The notes beneath the pieces were generated by a model. That model was not told where the DNA came from, ran no database searches, and worked only from the letters and a program-made list of their open reading frames with translations. Shown piece after piece: positions 53,077 through 64,000 of a stretch of DNA of 64,000 nucleotides (position 1 is the stretch's first letter; each line of letters starts with the position of its first letter). The stretch spans positions 223,820,001 to 223,884,000 of the forward strand of contig OZ024740.1 of the NCBI GenBank assembly GCA_964016885.1. Direction: 5' to 3'. The position numbers and the translations under genes are program-made. This DNA comes from Eledone cirrhosa. Lineage: Eukaryota.

Positions 53077-55210
53077 TCATCATCATCACTGTTTAACGTC
53101 CATCTTTCAATGCTAGCATAGGTTAGACAAGTTGTCTCATTATAAAACATGTTAGAAATTAGATGTCCTTGACTTGCATATACAGAACTGATTTTCAGTT
53201 GGTTTATACAGCTAGATTCCCTTCCTAACACCAACCTCAATTAGAGTGTGTATGGTACATTTTATTGTGGCACTAAAATGATCAATTTACGGTGTGGGCT
53301 GGGTGCTTTTTGTTGTGAAACCTACACGACCACTTTTCAGTGTATACAGGGGGTTGGGATGGGAGATTTTGGGTGATATGTGTAGTGTTAGCATGTGGAT
53401 GGAAGAATGTTAGGACGTAGGAGGTGTATGGAAAGGGGGATGGGGAGAAGTGATGCATACTGGATGTAAGCTTCAGCCCATGCACATGGAAAGATAGGTC
53501 TTCTGTATTACTGCATAAAGCCAGAGATATCAATCCCGTTTCATTGCCTCTGAGAGGTGCAATTGTGCAAAATCAGCTTTTATCACTTCATCCCAAGTCT
53601 TCCTAGATCTTCCTACTTTATAGCTTCCATCAAACTTTGAGGGACTGCACCTTTTTATACAGCTGTCATCCTTCATACGCATTACATGTCTATACCAACA
53701 CATTTTCCTCTCCTGCACACAGCATCTGATCCCTCTTATGTCCAGTTTCATTCTTAGTTCATTTATGCTTTGTCATTCATGTATATTACTATTACACACC
53801 TATTGAGGTATGCAGGCTTCATTTCTTTCCAATCTTCACAGGACATCTGTACACAACACCCACATCTTAGTACCATGCAACTTTCTTTCCAATCTTCACA
53901 GGACATCTGTACACAGCACCCACATCTTAGTACCATGCAACTTTCTTTCCAATCTTCACAGGACATCTGTACACAACACCCACATCTTAGTACCATGCAA
54001 CTTTCTTTCCAATCTTCACAGGACATCTGTACACAACACCCACATCTTAGTACCATGCAACTTTGTTTGTATACATGCATCATACAATCCGTCCTTCATT
54101 TTGAGAGTAAAATCTTTTGTAGTTAGCAGCAATAATAACTCACTGAAATTTCTCCAAACCGTTTTCACTCTGGCTACTGTACTTTCTGATCACTCACGCC
54201 CACTGCTAATTTGGTCATCCAGGTAACAGATATTATCACCTATTTTTACAGAGACTTCTGGGCATTTAAAGGACCTAGTATACGATGAGCTCCTCTTACA
54301 TACTACACCAGCGTACTGACTACATATAAAACCTACCTTCTTTGATAGCCTGCCAGAAATCCCACTAGATTATGTACCCTTAGTTTGTATTTGAGACAGT
54401 ATGAAATTTCTACCTATGTCTTTGCTGTCCACTGATCAAGGTCATTTGCCTGAAGGAATCTAGGTCAAGTTTTCATTTCTCCATACTAGGACTTTTTCAT
54501 TTCTCCATACTAGGACTTTTTTCATTTCTCCATGCTAGGACTTTGGTTTTTGACAAGTTGACTTTAAGATCATTTAATTCTAGATCAGTGATAAACAAAC
54601 TACAGCCCATTTGGCTTTCTGAATAGCACACCAAATTTCAAAGTTGTCTTCAATTTGTTAATAGTGCAGCCCAGCCTTATGAAGAATCACTTCCAATGCG
54701 AACCACTGTCCAAAAATAGTGGCCCATGCCTCTTCTAGATCTTGCTCCCAGGTCTGGAATTTCTCTTCTAATTCTTTCCTAGATTCAGCTATAAGGATTA
54801 GAACATTTACATACAAAAGTTACCATGAACAGCCAGTCTTAAACTCTTCTGATATAGTCTGTGGGATGATAATAAACAGGTGAGAGCTAAGAACAGAGCT
54901 CTGGTACACTCCTACCTGCACACTAAATTCATTTTTATCCTCATTATTAATTCCAACTGTGTTGACTGTTATACTGCCTTCACAAGCCACTCTCTACTCC
55001 TAGTTTTCTAAGAACCTACCAGATAATGGAACAGGATTGTGTCAAAACATTTCTCCAGGTCAAAAATTGGCAAGTAGAAGGATTTAGTCTTAGCTCAGTA
55101 TTTCTCCTGCAGTTGCACCTCACAAGTAGAGGGCATCAGTGGTACTTTTACCTGGGATGAATCTAAACTGCATTCCTCTAGGTTAACTTGGTCTCCAATC
55201 AGCTGGGCTA

Positions 55211-55215
<5 letters not shown>
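53077..55215 (-). mobile_element. Older decayed RTE family A copy
   Basis: IRGIRCCVQER..WY.HVMRMKDDSCIK; (ATC)n tail at 53077; 5' end IAQLIGDQVNLEE abutting (TA)n. Confidence 0.88.
53821..54060. repeat. 60-bp unit x4 within the RTE copy
   Basis: CTTTCTTTCCAATCTTCACAGG...TACCATGCAA repeated almost identically. Confidence 0.97.
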
Positions 55216-55257
<42 letters not shown>

Positions 55258-55259
<2 letters not shown>

Positions 55260-55472
55260 AAGGCGGGTAAAATTCCCGAGATCCATGGACGAGTTCTCTC
55301 CAGCGGTCTCTGTCCCTCATTATTGCTGCCATGTCCTGCATTTCCAACAGACCAGTGTCTGTCCTTAGGGCATCAACATACGTTAACCTTGGTCTTCCTC
55401 TTCTAGTGTGTCCATGTAGGGGCTCCCAAAGGAGCACTGAGTGCAATGTCAACTCTGGATGTCGGTGAGCAT
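55258..55472 (-). mobile_element. 215-bp 3' tip of RTE family B in (TA)n
   Basis: Homologous to 2701-2915 (...HGSREFYPP-stop); TA repeats on both sides. Confidence 0.92.
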
Positions 55473-58400
55473 ATATATATTATAAAGAGACGAGGCCTGA
55501 CTCTTTATAATATAGCCATACTCTGCTATTCAAAGTATCAAGTACTGTGTTGAGTAATAATCTAACTAGTTTAAAGCTGGTTCTATCCTTACACACACAC
55601 ACGCACAAACACCACCAACCTTAAATGTATACATATATATATACTAGACTTCCCATGGCCCGTTGGGTCATGTTCACTTAAAAATAATTTTTAAATAATT
55701 AAGATATACACATGGATGTATATAATGTAAAATGAAACCGGACGGTCTATATATATGTGTGTGTGTGTCTCGTCCATTTTCCTTCGCTGTTGTGTCCTTC
55801 CTTCTCTCTCTCTATGTCCCTCTTTCAATCTACTCTTTCACAACCACTATTTCTTCACTCTATTTATGAAGGTACCCAGGAAAACACTGTATCTTGGGAA
55901 CCCGTGCTCCTATTTATGTGGAACTTGTTTTATTCCATTTGTATTCCCACTTCAGGGGCAACTTCCTTTCAAAGTATTTTCCCATTATAGACTGTTTTGG
56001 CTGTATTAAATTACAGAGAAGCACACAATCACAGCGTTGTAGTAGTATCTGGATATATACTGCTATTCTATTCCTAGATAACATCTGTGCACTTTATGCT
56101 CGGAATTCCATAAAGTGCTCAAAATGTAAACTATTTGTACACTAATGGTGTAGTAGGATATCTGGCATATGAAAAAGACTGTAGCAGTAAATGGCTAATG
56201 TTCACATGAAATATACTGTATCAAATGCTCTGGCGGCTCCTTATAAATGGTTGACAGCTTCTGCTACCTAGGGAGCTTAATTTGTAGAGGGTGAAGGTGT
56301 TCTGAAAGTATATTTGATAGAGAGAAAACCAGGTGGAAAACATTCTAAGGGGTTCTCCCTTAGAATGAAAGGTAGACTGCATGATGTGTAAACTTCAATG
56401 GGACATGGAAGTGAGGTATGGACTTTGAATATGAATGATCTGTGAAGATTGAAACGAAGTGAGGCAATCATGATCCAAAAGTTGTGTAATGGGCTTCCTT
56501 AACAGTCTTCAGCTACACATAAGGTATTTATTCAGTCCAATGATATACTATAAGGGATTGAACTCAAATTGAGGGATTGAACTCAAATTGATGTAGTTTC
56601 AAAGCACATTTATTAACCACACAGCCATGCCTGTGCCTATACAGATAAATTATCTGTTAAAAATGTATATGTATTCAAACATCCTGTAGTAATTTATCAA
56701 TGACCATATTAACGAAAACAGAAGTAGCTTGTTGAATTGAACTCTGTCACTTAACATTATTTGATGAATACTTCCCCTACATTTATTTCACTTCAATTCT
56801 TATTTGCCAAAACAGAATTACAAGGATTTTTCTTTTTGTTTCCTTTTATATTTATTTTTCATTTTCAGCAAAATATTTCTCATTAATAGAAACCATGTTT
56901 TGGCAAAATTTCTTTGGGTTTGCTATGATGAAGTATGTCCATTTTCAATAGCTTGTTCCTTCATAAAATACTTCTTAAACATGTCTGGATCAAAACTATC
57001 TCCCAATCAATACTGCAAACCTCTCTCCTCCATTTTCAAATTAGTTTTTAGCCCATTCTTAGTGAACCTATTACATGATAATCTACTTGCCAATGGTTAG
57101 CTTATTGCTGTCATAACCAGCTGGCTTTTTGAAATGCCTATTGCTTATAGCAAATTACCACTATAATTTAGTGAGTAAATCTGTCATGCAATGTGATATC
57201 TATAATGTTAGTTTCATCTGTGAGAAGGAAAGGGAGTGCCTAAGAAGTGGAAAAGTTGAAGAGTGTGTGTGTCAGCAGAAAAAACAGCAACAACAACTGA
57301 AAAAGAAAATGAAGACTGCTTGCTAAAGTTGCATATCATTTATTTGCTTTGTTGATCTCTTTTTTATGTTTGTTCTTTAATTTTCCGGAAAGAAAATGTA
57401 AGGCATACTGGAAAGAAGTTGGCATTTTCAAATTTCCCAAGATTTACACTTTGGCCTGTTATAATGCAATCTGCAACTTATGGATTAACATTTCACAAGT
57501 ATTTTGTTTTTCTTTAAATTCATATGAAAATTGAATTTAAAGTGAACATAATTTTGATATGCACATTTATTTAAATACTTTAAGAACTAACATTCTTTTT
57601 TTTCTAGATTTTCTATTTTGTTATCATTCAATTAATTTCAGGATATTTATAATGTAAAATTAAATCCCTGTATGCATTTAAATTGATATGATTGATCGGT
57701 TTACAAAAACAATAAAACTTAGTTTGTTAATTGTTTTCACGTGAATAGTTATTGTTATTTAACAAATGTTATAATCATTATTACCATGAAGTTAATTATT
57801 GTTAATGCTGTCATTTGGCGAGAAAAATTACAGATCCCTAATAGAATGATAATCTAAACTGGCAAATTGGTGAATGGTGCACAGAATAATAATAGAGAAT
57901 TTGAACTTGGCTGTTTAATGATCAAGGGATGAGAGAGTAAATATGTACGGCAACCTAGAAAGGGGAAGTATGATCAAGTACACTATGGTTCTGTTATTGC
58001 TTCCAAAGCTCATACAGTCTGTCAGTTACAATTATTGGCAGAAGCATACATTTTTTTTCTGGTGAAAGGGTATGAACTCAGAAAGAATAGAACCAGAACG
58101 TATTCCATCCAATGCCCTAAATCCTACCAATCCACTACTAAAAATGTCTAAAGTCTATTTTAAGCTTGGAGGCCCATTAAGCTGAAACATGTCCTAGTTT
58201 CCTTGATGTTGAATGATTTGGTAGTACAAGACTTGCCATTTGACAAGATGTCGGTGCATCACGGTTAAAACACCAGCTACTGCTCATTCTCATTTTCAGC
58301 AGAGTAAACTGAAGCAATGTGAAATGAAATGTTGTGCTCAAGCACTTAACACACAAACCTATCCAAGAGTTGAACTTACGACAGCATGATCACAAGACTA

Positions 58401-61400
58401 ACACTCTAACCAAAGGTCACTACCGCTGGATTAATATTAGATATATATATATCAACCCTGAAAGGATAAAGGTAAAGTTGATCTTGGTAATATTTGAACA
58501 CAGATTACTAGAAGTCAGAACAAATTCCATAAGGTTTTTTCTATCTGACACCATAATGACTCTGCAAAACTGCTATCATTTCATTAGTTTAGCTGTCATT
58601 TTTACTTCATTCAGCAAATTATTATGGATCTTTCTTACTCTGGTTGTGGGGATCAACATTTTCATTTATTCATTACATTTAACTTACACAAACTGTCAGA
58701 TACCTACTTACCTAAAATGTACAAATATGTTAATCAAAATGAATAATGTTCTATGTCAAAATGTGATTTTGACCAGATCTGATTGTTAAATATGAAAGAA
58801 GTTTCTATTAGAGTATAGGAAATATAAATAAGTAAATGGCACACAATTCATTTCAGATTAATTGCTATTGGTAGAGTTGTTCTGACTCTCTGCATTCTGA
58901 GTTCAAATCCTTTCTGGTATCGACTTTGTCTTTCATCCATTCATATTTGATAAATAAATTAAGAATCTAGGGTGGTGGATCAGAAGCCTTTGTAAAGTAT
59001 TGAATTTGTAGTATTTGTTCTGGGTATTTCTGCTCTGAGTTCAAATTCTTTTGTAGCCTACTTGTGGGGAACAATGTGTCACTCTACTAATATAAGATTA
59101 TCACCTAGCCCATGGTTGTCTTTACTGGAGTACACACTATTGCAGGCAATTTGGTTATATCTCTGATTTCAAGTTAACTTCTTCCCTTCCACAAGGCTTG
59201 GGGATGCTGAAGAGGTTCATGCATACTACCTTTCCTTCTTTGAGTAAACAGTAAACCAAAATCAAAACAATCCATAAGATCTGTAATTGTGTAAGTTAAA
59301 TAATCTTGAAAGTTAAATTTTATTGAAAACATTATCTTTGGGAAGAAATTAATTCATTTATCAAAAGGTCATTTCAACCAGTAAAACAAAAACATACAAA
59401 AACTGTTAAATTTATTTTCTATTTGTCATTTATAATGAAATAAATGTAAAGTGAATTTAATGGCTAAAATGATTCTTCTGATGTAATTGTTTGAAGGCTT
59501 AGTATTTATCAAGTTACTTACCAAACAAGGACAAGAACAAACATTCAGAAGATCAGTCAGCTAGACATTTATGTCAATTTAGCTTTATGGATGGAATTAA
59601 CAAGTATCTTGGATAATTAAAAAGAAGAATGATTGTCAACTAAACTAATCCATGTGTGTCTTGACACATGTATCGACAACTGTTATAATAGCAATTGTAA
59701 AACTGAAACATACTTTTACATTAATTGTATTGAAGGAAAATAGTTTGAAATTGTTTCGCAATAAAGTAGGAAAAAAACGATATAACAATAGATTAATTTG
59801 ATATCAAGAATAAGAAAATCATTTGTAATATTGTTTTGTTTGTAATTTGAATATTTTGTATGAAAGAACATTTTTTTAATGAAGAATATCTTTGAGTTAA
59901 TTTGCTAAGAAATCTGAAAATGAAGAACTGTGCCTTTGGAAATATAGATTATATGTAGGATATATGTCTTAAAGACAATTTGATTTGGTTTTCACTATCA
60001 GAAAGACAGCTTTTTCTTTACATCATTTATTTTCATGTATAAAAGATGAAAAGAAAGAGCCAAAGATTTTTTATGTTGATAATTTTTTTCTTAATCTGTA
60101 ATCTTTATTACATTTTTGTTTTCATTTTCATGTTTTTAATCTTGTATAACATTTTTCTCAGAATTTAGAATAACTAATGAAAAAAAAATTGGCTGCCTCT
60201 AGTTTCTGATTTGAAAAAATAAATGTATTCTTTGCAAAGGATTTCTTGCTTATTGTATCGAAGCTTTTGACAGGTGGGAATAACAAAATATTAAAAGTAG
60301 ATTGTACTGATAGTTTTACTTTGATATTCCAAAGGAACATAATTTATTGATAGAAGAAATGTGCAGAATTAAAGCATGTAAAAATGAAATAGATTATGGA
60401 GCTTATCTTCATAAAAATTTCATTTGACCAAAGGGAATATATGTATAGCTTCTTTTGTGATGAAATAATAGCAAAACTGTAGCTATAAGTTAAAAAGAAT
60501 CATACTTCTTTTGAACTAAAATTCAATGAGCATTTTTTTTTATTCAAGAGTTATATTAAATTTTCCATTTGATATGAATTTTAAAAAGCGGAATATAAAG
60601 CTTTATTTTCAAGGTTATTTATTTTATGAAATATTATATATTTTAGGAATATCATATGGCTCTTATAAGTATTAATACTGAATTAATACTAAATTAATTA
60701 TATAGAAACAGGAATATCTGCTGAAATTAGAATTGTTGGAATATTACAATTGTTGAGATATTAAAAAGATAATTTATTAACCAGCCAGGAAAAGTAAGTT
60801 TAATATTTCAAAGAGTTCAAACAGTGGAATGAATTATTCCAAACTTACAAGTTTTTATATTAATTTCATACTTTCTGTATTGGGTAAATACAAAAAGTAT
60901 CATCCAATGATATTGAATGTCAATACCAATACTTTTAATCTTCCTGAATACATTAGCAAATTCCTAGCTCAATTGCACTCCAACTTTCATGCAAGGTAAC
61001 ATTATATATCTAATGGCGCTTGTATGCCTCCTTTCTTTTAAGTCTCTACAGGTCTTTTATATTCAAAAATCATGTCTCACTATGTCATAAGATGTAATCT
61101 TCATCTTCACTTCATTTTCTTATGTCTTAGTCAGGAGAGCAGAAGCAGCTTCCCTGATCATTTTCATTGCCTCCGAGATTGGTAAGCAGAAATTATCCAA
61201 AGATCAAAACTTGTCCAAATGTGAGCAATGCAGTGAACTCTGCTAAAGGCAACCATCATCTTCACCATCACCATTTAATGTTTATTGTCCATGCTTGCAT
61301 GGAGTAGACAGGTTGTCATGTAACATAACTGGTTAGCTTGATTTCTATGGCTTGAAGCCCTTCCTAATACCAACCACATTACTGTGTGCAGTTTTTTCCC

Positions 61401-62233
61401 TTTTGGCACGAAAACAACCAGTTAACAGAGTGAACTGGGAGCTTTTTTGTTAGGGTACCATCACAGCCAGCTAACAGAATGGATATATGTGCTTTTTTGT
61501 TATGGCACCAGCATGACAGATGATTATGTTAAACTTGGCAATAAATTCCTTTTAACACTGAAAATGTTTTCGAGAATAGACATGCTGATCAATAGAAAAC
61601 TGGAAATGCAAGACATGATTGGTGCTGTTGATCTTATTTGAATCTCTGTCAGTTATTTTCTTTAAAAAAAATTGCATTATATACAAAGAGTTTCCTGAGT
61701 ATGCTTTTCATGTGGCAGTTGTACTGTAAAATGATGAACAAGTGCAATATAGTGTTTAGGTTTATATAGTTAATTTGGAAAAATCTAGCCTTTCTTTCAT
61801 TTGTATTTTTCAATCATTACTTTAGAGCTTCTTCTCAGTTTGCTAAACCAATATGTAACTAGTATGCTGCAAAACTGAAAAAAATGCTAAATCATTTTGT
61901 TTAAAAAATAATATTCCAAGTCAATGAAAAGGAAAAGTTTTGCTTCCTTTTGAAGTCTAAGATAGAGATTTGCTGGAAGTTAGCAGCAGTGCATTCCACA
62001 CTTTCAGATTATAGTATTCTAAACATTGTTTCCAATGAATATTGCTGACTAGTTTTGAGTAAGGCTTGAAGCAATTCATGGAAGTAGATTGGAAATGATT
62101 AGTCAAGTAAGAAGGAATAAATAAATTAAAAGGTTTGTAAATTAAGATAAGATTATAATCAACATATTGTCTTCATCATCATCACCATCAACACCATTTA
62201 ACATCTATTTGCCATTGTTGCTTGGGTTATATG

Positions 62234-62825
62234 TGTTGTCACATTCTGAGTTTAGACTGTTCAGATGACTGTATCTCACTCATCAGTTCTATTTTGGCAT
62301 TGTTTATATGGATGTCTGGCCTTCCTAATGCCAAACATGTCATGACACCAGCATTACTACTTTACTGTGTAAGCAGGGTGCATTTTATCATGACACTAAC
62401 ACTGCCATTTTACAGTGTTGCAGGCATTAGCATTTATCACATTTCAGTACTAGGACACTTATTGTCTGCAGCCAAAAGATGGGGAAAGAAGGCAAAGAGT
62501 GGAAAAGAGAGTAAGAGGTGGAGTGAGGGAAAGGGGATGGAAAAGGGGTAAAGAGGGATAAAGTGGGCAAAAAAGGGTGTCACATTCCTCTCCTCTCCTC
62601 TTCTTTCCTTTCCCCACTACTCTTTCTTTCATGTTTAACAGAAATATAAAATGGCAGTGTTAGTGTCATGATAAAATGAACCATGCTTACACAGTAAAGT
62701 AGTAATGCTGGTGTCATGACATGTTTGGCATTAGGAAGGACAGACATCCATATAAACAATGCCAAAATAGAACTGATGAGTGAGATACAGTCATCTGAAC
62801 AGTCTAGACTCAGAATGTGACAACA
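62234..62825. repeat. 179-bp near-perfect inverted duplication of a decayed RTE 3'UTR
   Basis: 62234-62412 versus 62647-62825, four mismatches by eye. Confidence 0.92.
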
Positions 62826-64000
62826 ACATAAAGAAGGCAAAAACTAGTGAAATATGGTGTCAAGGAGAATGAGAGGTATGGAGGAAGGGAAGGAATAGTA
62901 GGCAAATGGAGTAAAGAGAATAAATAAGGATAAAAATTGAAAGACAGTGAAAGAAGGGCACAAGTGGGAAAGAGAAGAAAGAGAGTAAAGAGGTGTTTTA
63001 TTGGTGATTATTGTAACATGAACAATGGGGGAATACATTTCCATTGAAATGTAACAAAATTAGTCCTTTATGTTTTTGATATTAATGCATATTTAACAGA
63101 TGTTTGATAACAGCTAGTCTAGCCATAATAATCTTGTGATTTTAAATTTATGTAGCATTAAATTAGCCAATGTATCGTTTTTGTGGTTAATATAGTATGG
63201 TTCACTTGATGAAGAATCGGTTGCTATTTTTGGATGGCAAGTGTTAACATAAAGACTCCATTATTGGAGTTGCTTATGATGTACAAGTAGATTTACTGTA
63301 AATATCTTATGCTGAGTAGAAATGCAGAATGACTTTAGTGTTTGATGGCCACCCACTTAGCTATGAAGATTGAAACCATGTCTATCATAATAAGGTGTGA
63401 CTTGACAAATATATACATATATTGAAAGAGATAATAGAAGACAAAGCAAACTGGTGATATATCATATTACAAGTTTATGAGACAGTACTTCTTCTGTTAT
63501 ATCCTGTATGTTACATATAACAATGCTTTAATTCTGTTTGATATGAATTTTTTAATATAATAACTCCTTGCATGCAAATGCCTGATATATGTAGGCTATG
63601 TAAATCTTTAAGTGTGTCTAATGTTGCAGATAGAGAGAACTATGGGAAATAGGAGTAATGATTGGCATAAGCATTTTAATAAATTCTTAGAAAATGTAGA
63701 AATCCCAAATGCAGAATTTAACTGTAACTGCAATTGATGGCTATATATAATAGCTAAGAAAATCAGATAAACTACCCATATAGATGGAAAAAAGTGGCCA
63801 GCAGCTGCTATGAATAATCAAACTCTATACCTCACAATTCCTATATTTGGGATTTCTAAATTTAATTTAGAATTTCTGATCTATTTAAAATTCCAATGAA
63901 TTATTTTCTAAATCATTATAATATAGACAAGTTTCACATCTATATTCTGTCTCAGAAAATACTCTTTTATTGTGTGTAAGATGATCAATAGGGCAATAAG

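Noticed and set aside
56500-62170. Short ORFs in the AT-rich distal region
   Set aside because: No motifs; only scattered SINE and RTE remnants, consistent with intronic or intergenic DNA

Overview
Repeat-saturated, AT-rich eukaryotic (animal) DNA with no confidently recognisable host gene. The repeat content (huge (TA)n tracts, RTE LINEs with (ATG)n tails, tRNA-derived SINEs) suggests an invertebrate, possibly a cephalopod (inference). Contents: three RTE-clade LINE families (A, B, C), three of whose insertions have an inverted 5' half as in twin priming; a C4HC3 PHD finger embedded in the RT of family A; several Penelope-like elements (PLE, GIY-YIG, Naiad-like) and PLE termini; about ten type-I hammerhead ribozyme (HHR) motifs read by eye, including non-canonical cores (U3-A8 covariant UUGAGAA, and CAGAAGA); a ~10 kb (TA)n region holding at least six retroelement pieces; a CR1/L2-group fragment; a full-length decayed Ty3/Gypsy (Mag-like) element with an amplified PBS and a SINE fragment inside both LTRs; several long inverted repeats; and a 200-N gap. 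The YI/IY-rich ORFs are microsatellite artefacts. All alignments and folds were done by eye.
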